Below, piece by piece: positions 1 to 9,188 of a DNA stretch of 64,000 nucleotides. Source of the stretch: Chlorobium sp. (GTDB lineage: Bacteria; Bacteroidota; Chlorobiia; Chlorobiales; Chlorobiaceae); contig SZXY01000155.1 of the NCBI GenBank assembly GCA_005843805.1, forward strand, positions 20,717-84,716, in the 5' to 3' direction. The notes beneath the pieces were generated by a model that saw nothing but the letters and a program-made list of their open reading frames with translations, was not told the origin of the DNA and made no database searches. Every line of letters starts with the position of its first letter. The stretch's first letter is position 1. A program made the translations under genes and the position numbers.

Positions 1-2
1 TT

Positions 3-119
3 ATCGGCAACAACAGCTTTGCCCATGCTGCAAACAGCGGCGTCGTTGTCAACCGCCTCTACGAACGCTACTACGACACACGCTATGCCTGTGCGGCCCG
101 TTTGGTGACACCTGACTGA
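3..119 (+). CDS. NlpC/P60 family peptidase, C-terminal fragment (5' truncated by window edge)
   Basis: Manual translation of frame 3: IGNNSFAHAANSGVVVNRLYERYYDTRYACAARLVTPD*, resembling the NlpC/P60 C-terminus (IGxxxFxHA...YYxxRYxxAxR). Not in the ORF track. Confidence 0.7.
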   Translation: MGNNSFAHAANSGVVVNRLYERYYDTRYACAARLVTPD

Positions 120-194
120 GCCGACTTTTGCGTCGGGAAATCTGTATATTGCACCAATTCAAACACTCAATCATCAATCTCCCGATCCGTTTTT

Positions 195-1067
195 ATGCCT
201 CAAACAGGAAAATCCGATTATATCGAACTGGCCTTTACACTAAGTCCTGCGCTTCATGAACTCTATATTGCTCTGCTGGCAGGAGAGGGGATAGAATATT
301 TTCAGGAAGAGGACAAAAGGCTTCTTGCCTATCTGCCCGAGAAAGAGTGGACAGAAGAGAAAGATCAGGCCATACGCTCACTCCTCTGCGAACGATTTGG
401 AAGCACTCCACCCTTCGAGACAAACCTCATTGCCGACAGAAACTGGAATGCAGAATGGGAAGCCAACCTGCAACCTATCGAAATATCCGACCGACTGCTT
501 ATTGTCCAGAAAAACAGTAATATCACACCAAAACCTGGCCAGATCGTCATCGAAATCAACCCGAAAATGTCGTTCGGTACCGGCTATCATGCCACGACAC
601 GCCTGATGCTGCGCCAGATGGAACAACTTGACCTTAAAGAGAAAAAAATCATGGATATCGGCACCGGCACAGCCCTCCTTGCCATTGCCGCCCGCAAACT
701 CGGCAATACCAAGCCGATCCTTGCATTTGACAACAACTCCTGGGCTGTGGAAAATGCCCTGGAAAACGTCCTGGAAAACAGTGCCGAAGAGATCACCATC
801 GAACTCCTCGATGCCGAAGAAGATCTTGTCATAAACCTCCGAAAGGGATACGAGCTGATCCTTGCCAACATCAACAAAAACGTCCTTGACCGTATCCTGC
901 CTGTCATCAGGAAATATGCCCCGGAAGCGACAGTATTACTTTCCGGCATCCTTGTCTATGACGAACCCTGGCTGAAAAAGCTGCTGAAAAAGCTCGGCTA
1001 CGAAATCGCGCAAACCATCTATGAAGATGAATGGCTTTCAAGCCTTGTTCGCCCGCTTGCTCATTAA
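195..1067 (+). CDS. prmA: Ribosomal protein L11 methyltransferase
   Basis: NPKMSFGTGYHATT motif, SAM motif DIGTGT, ANI motif and LLSGI; 290 aa. Confidence 0.93.
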   Translation: MPQTGKSDYIELAFTLSPALHELYIALLAGEGIEYFQEEDKRLLAYLPEKEWTEEKDQAIRSLLCERFGSTPPFETNLIADRNWNAEWEANLQPIEISDRLLIVQKNSNITPKPGQIVIEINPKMSFGTGYHATTRLMLRQMEQLDLKEKKIMDIGTGTALLAIAARKLGNTKPILAFDNNSWAVENALENVLENSAEEITIELLDAEEDLVINLRKGYELILANINKNVLDRILPVIRKYAPEATVLLSGILVYDEPWLKKLLKKLGYEIAQTIYEDEWLSSLVRPLAH

Positions 1068-1090
1068 CCGCACAAACAAGAGAAAAAAAT

Positions 1091-2029
1091 ATGGAACGGG
1101 TTTCATGCATCGACATCGGCACCAATACCGCCCTTCTTCTGATTGCCGACCTTGAGCCTTTCAGCGGCGCCATCCTCCCGCTCTTTCACAAGCAGACCAT
1201 TGTACGACTTGGAAAAAATGTGGATGCCGCCAAAATCATAGATCTGGCAGCCCGAGAGCGACTCATCGGCTGTATGCGCGATTACCGACAGCTCTGCAGT
1301 GAGTATGGTTCCGAAACCATTATAGCCGCAGGAACAAGCGCCCTGAGAGATGCTGAAAACCGCATGGAAGTCATAGGACAAGTCACCAGAGAAACAGGAA
1401 TTACCATAAGCTGCATTTCAGGGCAGGAAGAGGCTGAACTCACCTTTTTTGGCGCAGTTGCCGGAATGGGCGACATTGCACAACCTTTCACGGTACTCGA
1501 TATCGGAGGCGGCAGCACAGAAATCTCGATGGGCTCGCTCTGTGAGGTCTCAGAAAGCGTCAGCCTCGATATAGGATCGGTAAGGCTTACCGAACGTTTT
1601 TTCACGACACTCCCACCATCTCCAAGCGAACTTGACGCGGCCAAACAATGGATCGACAAGCTCCTCACCTCCAATATTCTGCCTTTTTTTGCCGCAAGAG
1701 AGCATGTTTACGGCGTTGCCGGAACCCTAACCAGTATATCGCAGGTCAGCCAGGGGCTTAAACACTTCGATGCCTCGAAAGTGCATAACCATGCCCTCAA
1801 ATACGAGGAGGTAGAGGCATTCCTCGAAAAGCTCAAAAAAAGTAACCTGGAAGAGATCATCGAACTCGGAATCCCCGATGGAAGAGCTGATGTCATCACC
1901 ATGGGCACCCTGATTCTGCACCAGTTCATGCGGTTGCTTGGGATAGCGGAAATCCGTGTCAGCGTTCAGGGATTACGTTTCGGGATTGCACAAAAGGAGC
2001 TGCTTCGTCTCCAGGAAACAATCTTGTAG
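1091..2029 (+). CDS. ppx: Ppx/GppA family exopolyphosphatase (short form)
   Basis: IDIGTNT, GTSALRDA, GQEEA, LDIGGGSTE and GRADVI motifs. ATG at 1091 preferred over the ORF-track start at 1031. Confidence 0.9.
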   Translation: MERVSCIDIGTNTALLLIADLEPFSGAILPLFHKQTIVRLGKNVDAAKIIDLAARERLIGCMRDYRQLCSEYGSETIIAAGTSALRDAENRMEVIGQVTRETGITISCISGQEEAELTFFGAVAGMGDIAQPFTVLDIGGGSTEISMGSLCEVSESVSLDIGSVRLTERFFTTLPPSPSELDAAKQWIDKLLTSNILPFFAAREHVYGVAGTLTSISQVSQGLKHFDASKVHNHALKYEEVEAFLEKLKKSNLEEIIELGIPDGRADVITMGTLILHQFMRLLGIAEIRVSVQGLRFGIAQKELLRLQETIL

Positions 2030-3218
2030 CGAAAATAGAGACGGGACGACCAGCCGCATCCCTGGTAAAAAAGAGAAACTTTCGCTCACTCTCAACCAGC
2101 CGGTACTTTTTTCTCAGCTCCTCAGTTGAAAGAGGAAAGTCGCGACGCTGAATACTTGCCCCGACAAGTTCATGGCGCTCAAGAAAGGCCCTGAAACTTT
2201 TCGGCTTCCAGGCCACACACTCCACCACACGAAACGTTCTGCCCGCAAAATGCTCGACCTTCCTCTCGGCAGTCAGATAATCAACGCTCTGGTTCACAAA
2301 CTCAAGGCCAGAATCTGCCGCAAGCCGCGAAGAAAGTTTCGCCTTGATGATGGCCGGATCGGGCTCATAGAGATACTCTTTTACCGCAGGTGCAACAACT
2401 CTCTCCACCTCGCCATCCCCGATCACTTCGCTTATTTCCCTCGAACCGGAGCTAAGGCAAACCGCCCTGATAGTCGCAGGTTTGTCGGCAGGACAGCCGC
2501 GCTCAAGCAGCAGCAGAATTTCCTTGCACTCACGGTCAACCGACACCACGACAATCTCCTGCAATGAGGCCAAAAGCTTTTTCAAACCGCTGATTTCAAG
2601 TGCAGGAGAAGCCTTGATGCAGACCCTCAGGGCTTTCCGAAGAAACAAGTCATGAGAGGCCACAACATCGGGGCTCGCTGCCTCAAGGCCGATGGAACGC
2701 CAGCCCTCCTCCCGGCGTGCAGGATCAACATAAATCCAGTCAAAAAAGTCATCCGGCAACGAATCAAGCAATGCAATACTTTCAGCGTTCTCTATCCGGA
2801 CATTCTCAATCCCGCACCTCTGCAGATTATGCGCCACAACAGCACAGAGCAGCGGATCGCGCTCCGAGTAAACCACCTCCTGAAAAACGCGGGCAAAAAA
2901 CATCGTATCGATTCCAAGTCCACCACTCAGGTCGATCATCCGCTTGCCACTCATCAAGGTTGCCTTGTAAGCCGCCGTGCGCTCTCCGGAAGCCTGTTCG
3001 AGCGCCAGGGGAGTATAGATCAGGTTGTGCTTTGAGAGTTTTGGCAACTTTTTTACCGCCTTCTGACGGCAGGCAAGCTGTTCAGCCATCGCACGGACAG
3101 GAAGATCTTTACGACCATGAAACTGCATGGCAAACACCGCCGGGTCATCGGAGTGGTGCTGCGCCAGCAGGGACTGGATATCGGGTTTCTGGAGGGTTTG
3201 GAGTTCTTCGATGGTCAT
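1959..3218 (-). CDS. Class I SAM-dependent methyltransferase with C-terminal THUMP-like domain
   Basis: ALEQAS, IDLSGGLGID, YVDPARR, IKASP and YLYEPDPAIIK motifs. Confidence 0.8.
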   Translation of the reverse strand: MTIEELQTLQKPDIQSLLAQHHSDDPAVFAMQFHGRKDLPVRAMAEQLACRQKAVKKLPKLSKHNLIYTPLALEQASGERTAAYKATLMSGKRMIDLSGGLGIDTMFFARVFQEVVYSERDPLLCAVVAHNLQRCGIENVRIENAESIALLDSLPDDFFDWIYVDPARREEGWRSIGLEAASPDVVASHDLFLRKALRVCIKASPALEISGLKKLLASLQEIVVVSVDRECKEILLLLERGCPADKPATIRAVCLSSGSREISEVIGDGEVERVVAPAVKEYLYEPDPAIIKAKLSSRLAADSGLEFVNQSVDYLTAERKVEHFAGRTFRVVECVAWKPKSFRAFLERHELVGASIQRRDFPLSTEELRKKYRLVESERKFLFFTRDAAGRPVSIFATRLFPGDEAAPFVQSRNVIPER

Positions 3219-3240
3219 GGTTTTTTTGAGAAAGGAACAG

Positions 3241-3264
3241 AAAGGACAACAGTGACTTCAGGGA
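3241..3264. repeat. 24-bp direct repeat, copy 1 (AAAGGACAACAGTGACTTCAGGGA), downstream of the four-helix-bundle gene
   Basis: Identical to 3865..3888 by direct reading. Confidence 0.9.
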
Positions 3265-3272
3265 AGAATACC

Positions 3273-3835
3273 TTATTTGCGGTTTTCCTTGTCCCGAGAC
3301 TGCAAACGGGCTTTTGTCATTCGCTCTCGCAGGCCGCCCTCTTCGAGGAACTTTTGTTCGAGGTGGTGAAGCTGGCGCTGAAGGAGATAGCTGCACACCC
3401 TGATAAGACCGACAATGACATTGGCACATATTTCAGGATTTCGTGTTCAATGCCTTTTCGAAAAACTTCGTAATCAGCGCCCGGAGTGCGGTTGATCTGG
3501 CGAAGACGCTGTGCGTAAGGGTGCTCTTTTGGCCATTCGCTGTAGCCGTTTATTCTCAGAAAGTCCCGATAATCTTCCAATAGCTCTTCAAGGCTGGCTC
3601 TTGCCACGTTGGTGAGCTTGACCTCCATCTCTTTTGATGTGCCCGATGCCATGCTGCCCTCAATGATGTTCTGCTTTCCGGAACGGGCTGCCTGTACCAT
3701 CTGGTCAACTGTACGGTCACTTTTGCTGAAAAAACGCCTGGTGAAATAAACCGTGGCATCATAGATAATCTCGGCTTTCTGGTAAGTGAGCAGGTTTTTG
3801 TAACCGCCGTGGAGAGGTATAAAGCCGGTTGCCAT
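3273..3835 (-). pseudogene. Four-helix-bundle protein (TIGR02436/23S-IVS-like) with four-helix-bundle suffix domain, frameshifted at ~3439-3441
   Basis: N-terminus GGYKNLLTYQKA...DQMVQAARSGKQNIIEGS...KLTNVARASLEELLEDYRDFL. Restoring one A gives EHENPEICANVIVGLIRVCSYLLQRQLHHLEQKFLEEGGLRERMTKARLQSRDKENRK* (stop 3273-3275), 187 aa in total. Confidence 0.85.
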
Positions 3836-3864
3836 AATTTTTTGAAGAAAGTGACTTTTCAAGA

Positions 3865-3967
3865 AAAGGACAACAGTGACTTCAGGGACAACAGGGACGA
3901 AGAAAAAGGTACTAAAAAATCGACAAAAGTCCACTTCCTGCTGTCCCTGTTATCCCTAATGTCCCTG
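3865..3967. repeat. 9-bp-unit repeat block: direct repeat copy 2 (3865..3888) plus 25-bp imperfect inverted repeat (3874..3898 / 3943..3967)
   Basis: CAGTGACTTCAGGGACAACAGGGAC versus the reverse complement of GTCCCTGTTATCCCTAATGTCCCTG is 21/25 identical; 44-nt loop. Confidence 0.85.
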
Positions 3968-5644
3968 CTCATTATGTGCGTCCACGAGCTTTCTTCGCAG
4001 CACCTTGCCAACTGTTGATTTGGGAAGGACGGCGGTGAATTCGACATGTTTTGGAACTTTGTAGGCGGCCAGATCTTTGCGGCAGTGGTCGCGGAGTTGG
4101 TCTACGGTGAGGATGTGGCCTGGTCGCAGTACAACCCATGCCTTGACGGCTTCGCCCTGGTAGGGATCGGGGACTCCGGCTACGCCGACTTCGAGTACTG
4201 CCGGGTGGGCGGCTACAACCTCTTCGACATCGCGGGGCCAGACCTGAAAGCCGCCGGGTTTTATGACATCTTTTTTGCGGTCAACAATGAAAAGGTAGCC
4301 ATCTTCATCGAGGTAGCCGAGGTCGCCGGTGTAGAGCCAGCCTTCACGGAGAACAAGGGCCGTTTCCATCGGGTTCTGCCAGTACTCTTTCATGATCTGG
4401 GGGGCCCGCATGATGATCTCGCCTACTTCAAGAGCGGCAAGTGTCTCAAAACCGTTTTCCGACTCCACAATCCGAACTTCTACATCCGGCACGGGAATGC
4501 CTACCGATCCGTATTTGTAGGTACCAAGTATCGGGGTAAAGACGGAGGCAAGCGCTGATTCGGTAAGACTGTAGGCGTCAATGATGCGCCCTCCGGTCAG
4601 CTCTTCAAAACGTCGTTTGGTTTCAAGCATGAGTGGTGCCGCACCGGAAACACTGAGTTTTACCGATTTGAGAATAGAGTGGTCACGCTTGACTTTTGGA
4701 TGAGCGATCAGTGCTGTGAAAAGAGTCGGAACTCCGGGCAGTACCGCTGGCTTGAGCTTTTTAATGGTATGAAGCAGATCGTCAAGATCACGGGGGTTGG
4801 GCACAAGCGCAAGGGGGTAACGCTCAATCAGGGCTGCCGTCATGATGCCAACCTGTGCATAGACATGAAAGAGGGGCATATTGAGCAGAATGACATCCTT
4901 GCCTTTTTCAAGTATGACACTGAACCAGCTCGCGATCTGCATTCCTGTAATGACAAGGCCGTGATGGGTAATGACAACGCATTTCGGGTTGCCGGTGGTG
5001 CCTCCTGAAAAGAGAAAGATCGCAGGATCATCATGCAGCACCTTTACAGGCTCTGGGGGTGCCGCTGCATTTGCTGCAAGCAGCTCGCTCATCCAGTGGT
5101 CTTCAGGGTGCAACTTTATACGATGACCATCTTTTTTTTCTTTCAGAAGTGTAAACAAGAGCTTTTTGAGCGGCGAGAGGTACTCCTTGATTGAGGTCGC
5201 AATCACCCTTTTCAGGCGCGACACGGTCTGAACTGCCTTTATTTTTTCATAGAAGGGGGTCAGCACAATGGCCGTCTCTGCTCCGCATTCATTAAGGGCG
5301 TGCTCAAGTTCATTGATGGTGTAGAGAGGGTTCATGGGTACCGCAATTGCTCCGGCTTTCCATATCCCGAACTCGCTGATGATCATCTGGGGGGAATTGG
5401 GCATGACCAGGGCTACCCTGTCGCCTTTGCCGATTCCAAGAGAGAGAAGCGCAGCAGCAAGCGCATCGCTTTGTCGATCAAGCTCACCGCAGGAGATTGT
5501 GCTGCCCTTGAAGTGCATGGCGGCGTGTTCAGGACGTTCCTTTGCACTCCTGCGCACAACATCGACCAGGGTATGCTCTGGATAGGGATGCAGGGAATGG
5601 GGAACCCCCTTGTCGTAATGGCTGATCCAGGGTTTGGCTCTCAT
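3956..5644 (-). CDS. Long-chain-fatty-acid--CoA ligase (AMP-binding)
   Basis: FSGGTTGNPK, YSLTE, GEIIMRAPQIMKEYW, GWLYTGDLG and LPKSTVGKVLRR motifs. Start set at MRAKPW (5644). Confidence 0.9.
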   Translation of the reverse strand: MRAKPWISHYDKGVPHSLHPYPEHTLVDVVRRSAKERPEHAAMHFKGSTISCGELDRQSDALAAALLSLGIGKGDRVALVMPNSPQMIISEFGIWKAGAIAVPMNPLYTINELEHALNECGAETAIVLTPFYEKIKAVQTVSRLKRVIATSIKEYLSPLKKLLFTLLKEKKDGHRIKLHPEDHWMSELLAANAAAPPEPVKVLHDDPAIFLFSGGTTGNPKCVVITHHGLVITGMQIASWFSVILEKGKDVILLNMPLFHVYAQVGIMTAALIERYPLALVPNPRDLDDLLHTIKKLKPAVLPGVPTLFTALIAHPKVKRDHSILKSVKLSVSGAAPLMLETKRRFEELTGGRIIDAYSLTESALASVFTPILGTYKYGSVGIPVPDVEVRIVESENGFETLAALEVGEIIMRAPQIMKEYWQNPMETALVLREGWLYTGDLGYLDEDGYLFIVDRKKDVIKPGGFQVWPRDVEEVVAAHPAVLEVGVAGVPDPYQGEAVKAWVVLRPGHILTVDQLRDHCRKDLAAYKVPKHVEFTAVLPKSTVGKVLRRKLVDAHNEQGH

Positions 5645-5722
5645 GGCGGTTTTAATATTTTGAGCTTGAATTTTATCGGGTAAGGGATAATAGTACATCA
5701 AGGAATAGTGCAAACCAAAAAT

Positions 5723-7015
5723 TTACCCGATTGTGTCAACAACTTCACAGACAGCGGCTGTCAATATCCTCAGCTCTTCATCGCGCATTATAAAGGGTGG
5801 CATAAGGTAAACCAGCCTGCCAAAAGGACGTACCCAAACTCCCTTGTCAACAAACTGTTTCTGGATCGAAGCCATATCGACCGGACGATGAAGCTCGACA
5901 ACACCTATTGCGCCCAGCACACGTACATCAGCCACATTGCCTGATGGCGTGCAGGGTTCCAGCCCTTTTCGAAGCCCGGCCTCAAGACGCAGTACCGATG
6001 CCTGCCAGTCATAACTTTCGAGCAGTCGAATACTGGCGGATGCCACCGCACAGGCAAGAGGATTGGCCATAAAGGTCGGCCCGTGCATGAAAAGCCCCGG
6101 AGTGCCTGAAGATATGGTTTCAGCAACCCTCTCCGTTGTCAGGGTTGCTGCAAGGGTCATGTAACCGCCGGTCAGCGCTTTGCCTACACACATAATATCA
6201 GGCACAACACCGGCATGCTCCAGCGCAAACATTTTTCCCGTACGCCCGAAACCGGTCGCTATCTCGTCGAAAATCAGAAGCACATGATGTCGGTCACAAA
6301 GCTCCCTGAGTCGGCGGAGGTAGTGAGGAGAGTAAAAGCGCATTCCCCCGGCACCCTGAACAACAGGTTCAATAATCACCGCAGCAATCTCGCTATGGTG
6401 GCGTTCAAGCTTGAGCGAAAGATCGGCAAGATGCTCTTCGGTGCATGGTTCAGAAAAGCGGCAGGCAGGTGCTTCTGCAAAAAAGTGTTCGGGCATGGTT
6501 CCTTTGAAGAGAGAGTGCATCCCTGTTTCCGGATCGCAGACCGACATGGCGGCAAAGGTATCACCATGATAGCCTGAACGAACCGTCAGCATCCTGATTT
6601 TTCTCTTTTCTCCCAGTGCTGACCAGTACTGAAAGGCCATCTTGATGGCTACTTCAACGGAAACCGAACCCGAGTCGCTGAAAAAAACCTTTTGCAGAGG
6701 CTCAGGCGTCAAGGCAATCAACTGTTTGGCAAGTGTTACGGCTGGCTCATGGGTAAGACCTCCAAACATGACATGGCTCATCCGTTGCAGTTGGGTGACA
6801 ACCGCTTCGTTGAGCAGAGGGTGGTTGTAGCCGTGAATGGCCGCCCACCAGGAGGACATGCCGTCAATGAGCCTGCGTCCGTCTTCCAGCTCCAGAAAAA
6901 CATCGTAAGCACAACTCACGGGATAAACCGGAAGGGGATTTGTTACCGAAGTATAGGGATGCCAGAGATGGGTACGGTCAAAATCGAGATCGATGGTAGT
7001 GAATGGAATGGACAT
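5723..7015 (-). CDS. bioA: Adenosylmethionine--8-amino-7-oxononanoate transaminase
   Basis: [49 protein letters not shown] and GKALTGG motifs; bio operon context. Confidence 0.97.
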   Translation of the reverse strand: MSIPFTTIDLDFDRTHLWHPYTSVTNPLPVYPVSCAYDVFLELEDGRRLIDGMSSWWAAIHGYNHPLLNEAVVTQLQRMSHVMFGGLTHEPAVTLAKQLIALTPEPLQKVFFSDSGSVSVEVAIKMAFQYWSALGEKRKIRMLTVRSGYHGDTFAAMSVCDPETGMHSLFKGTMPEHFFAEAPACRFSEPCTEEHLADLSLKLERHHSEIAAVIIEPVVQGAGGMRFYSPHYLRRLRELCDRHHVLLIFDEIATGFGRTGKMFALEHAGVVPDIMCVGKALTGGYMTLAATLTTERVAETISSGTPGLFMHGPTFMANPLACAVASASIRLLESYDWQASVLRLEAGLRKGLEPCTPSGNVADVRVLGAIGVVELHRPVDMASIQKQFVDKGVWVRPFGRLVYLMPPFIMRDEELRILTAAVCEVVDTIG

Positions 7016-7057
7016 ACCTGCAGAAATTATCGCTGTGCGCTTTGAAAAGAAAGATTG

Positions 7058-7732
7058 TTATAACGAGAGACGAGCAAGAGCATCTGGATCAAGTACTCCC
7101 TCCCTCAGCTCTACCAGCGGTGCAGAACATCCCGCCTTGAGAAGGTAATGGCGGATAAACTCACGAGTATCGTCGGTGATGGGTTTGTCGCTCTTCTGAA
7201 AACAGTTATAGATAAGGCCCCGCAGAGGAATTCCCCTTTTCAGGCAGGCCTCTATCGAGAGCAGGGTATGGTTGATGCTTCCAAGCCGGGGAGCTGTCAC
7301 CAGCAGAAGGGGGTATCCTGCATCCCGGACATAGTCGGCAAAAAGCAGATCGGCGGAAAGAGGAACCAGAAGACCGCCAACACCTTCGAGAAGCACCAGG
7401 TCGTACCGCTTCTGCAAGGCGAAAGTCGCACGGCGAATATTGAGCATATCAACTGCTGCGCCTTCCATTCGGGCTGCAAGATGAGGTGAGGCAGGATAGC
7501 GAAAAACATAAGGGCAGGTGAAGCCTTCACGGTCAACATCCTGAAGCTCAATACCCATAAGACGACGATGTTCGAGAATATCTTCCGCCACACCTTCACA
7601 ACCAGTCTGGACTATTTTCTGGGTAATAACCTTCTTTCCCTGCAAAATCAGAGCTTTGGCAAGCAGACCGGTCACGAATGTCTTTCCGATACCGGTATCG
7701 ATACCGGAAATGGCAACAACGGTTCCTTTCAT
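7058..7732 (-). CDS. bioD: Dethiobiotin synthase
   Basis: GIDTGIGKT, EGVGGLLVP and LGSINHTLL motifs. Confidence 0.95.
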   Translation of the reverse strand: MKGTVVAISGIDTGIGKTFVTGLLAKALILQGKKVITQKIVQTGCEGVAEDILEHRRLMGIELQDVDREGFTCPYVFRYPASPHLAARMEGAAVDMLNIRRATFALQKRYDLVLLEGVGGLLVPLSADLLFADYVRDAGYPLLLVTAPRLGSINHTLLSIEACLKRGIPLRGLIYNCFQKSDKPITDDTREFIRHYLLKAGCSAPLVELREGVLDPDALARLSL

Positions 7733-8511
7733 GAGAGTTTCTTTTTCAGACAGCAGTAAACCGGATGATAGGTAAGGTAAACACCTTTTTCAGAGGGAAA
7801 CAAGCGCCAGTAGGTGTTGACAAAATGCTGGTAGTGGCTTTTGGTCCAAACACTGCGCAACACTCCGTTGACCCCGGTCTCACGGATATGATGGAGCACC
7901 GCTTCAGGCGAGGGAAACTCAAGTCGTTTCACCTCTTCATGACTTTCTGTAATATCAAAATATTTTCCGGCAAGAGCTTCAAGCTCTGCGAGGGTATGAT
8001 AGCGGAGCCCAACCCCTTCGATACTTGATATTTCCTGCATGTTTGAGCTGCTGAAGGTGCTGAAGGCCAACATACCGCCGGGCACAAGATGAGTGGACAT
8101 CGTTCTGAAAAAACCATCAAGGTCTTCGAGCCACTGCAAGGTGGCATTTGAGAGCACAAGATCCAGTTCCGCCGGCAAAAAATTCCAATTCTCGATATCA
8201 CCTGCAAAAAAACGAAACTCATCGACCGTAAAACGCTCAAGAAGCTCGTGAAGAAAGGGAAGACTCTCTTCGACAAGATCATTGGCATAATAGGTCTTCA
8301 CGGAACATCGACCGAGCAGCTCTTTCATGAGCGCGCCTGAACCTGAGCCAACCTCAAGAACCCGATTGAAAGAACGAGTCGGTTCCGCCCTGCAGATCAT
8401 CTCAGCTAGTTCTCCAGCCATGACGTTCTGCACAACAGCCTTGCTGGAGTAGCTCCCAAGCGTTCTGCCAAACCGTTCACGCACAAGCTTTTTATCTATA
8501 CCCTGATACAT
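7729..8511 (-). CDS. bioC: Malonyl-ACP O-methyltransferase
   Basis: VLEVGSGSG, SNATLQW, LAFSTF and LTYHPVY motifs. ATG at 8511. Confidence 0.92.
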   Translation of the reverse strand: MYQGIDKKLVRERFGRTLGSYSSKAVVQNVMAGELAEMICRAEPTRSFNRVLEVGSGSGALMKELLGRCSVKTYYANDLVEESLPFLHELLERFTVDEFRFFAGDIENWNFLPAELDLVLSNATLQWLEDLDGFFRTMSTHLVPGGMLAFSTFSSSNMQEISSIEGVGLRYHTLAELEALAGKYFDITESHEEVKRLEFPSPEAVLHHIRETGVNGVLRSVWTKSHYQHFVNTYWRLFPSEKGVYLTYHPVYCCLKKKLS

Positions 8512-9188
8512 GCAAGCAGCTCCTGAAAAGTTCTGAAATGAAAAAACGGAAAATGCGCCATTTCGGCAATAATGGTTTGAGGAACTCCATGCCAGGCATT
8601 GTACTGCTGTTGCGATGGAAAAACAAGATCCCTGCCTCCAATGAGAGCATGAGTGAAGTGCCATGAAACGCTGGTCGTTTCACTCCCGCTCTGCAAAATC
8701 TCCTGCAGCCGCGCCAGCTCTTCCTGCTGATCCAGAGCTGTACGGTCGGGCGCCATGCTTTCAAAAAGAGCGAGCGCCTGGCGACTGCCGCACATCCGGC
8801 GGTTGAAACGATGGCGATTCTCTTCAGAGTAGCTTGAAAGTGTTGCCTGAAAAACCTCAGGCCTTATCCCCTTATCATCGTTGACAGGTTGAAGGGTACC
8901 GTTGATGGCAATGGCTCCCTCAAGCGGAGGGAGTTCGATCTGGCTTGCTGCCCACACCCCGAATGACCAGGCTATAAGCGTTACCTTGCCATAACGGCTT
9001 ATCGAGTCAATAAATCCCTCTTCAGGTTCCAGCAAACGGTAATCGTAGCAGACAAGAAGATCATGACTAAACCCGGCAGAAAGAGAGTCCGCAAGCAGGT
9101 GTGAGGCAATATGATGGTCCATACCCCAGCCGTTGAAGAAGAGAATGAGCTCTCCGGAACCCTCTTTTCTGAGCCACACGCTTTTCAT
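8496..9188 (-). CDS. bioG: Pimeloyl-ACP methyl ester esterase, BioG type (DUF452)
   Basis: LILFFNGWGMD, AWSFGV nucleophile elbow, AINGT, GIRPEVF...T and HFPF; lies between bioF and bioC. Confidence 0.88.
   Translation of the reverse strand: MKSVWLRKEGSGELILFFNGWGMDHHIASHLLADSLSAGFSHDLLVCYDYRLLEPEEGFIDSISRYGKVTLIAWSFGVWAASQIELPPLEGAIAINGTLQPVNDDKGIRPEVFQATLSSYSEENRHRFNRRMCGSRQALALFESMAPDRTALDQQEELARLQEILQSGSETTSVSWHFTHALIGGRDLVFPSQQQYNAWHGVPQTIIAEMAHFPFFHFRTFQELLACIRV

Noticed and set aside
3430-3470. Programmed -1 frameshift in the four-helix gene
   Set aside because: The -1 frame has a TGA three codons before the junction and there is no X XXY YYZ heptamer in the permitted interval.
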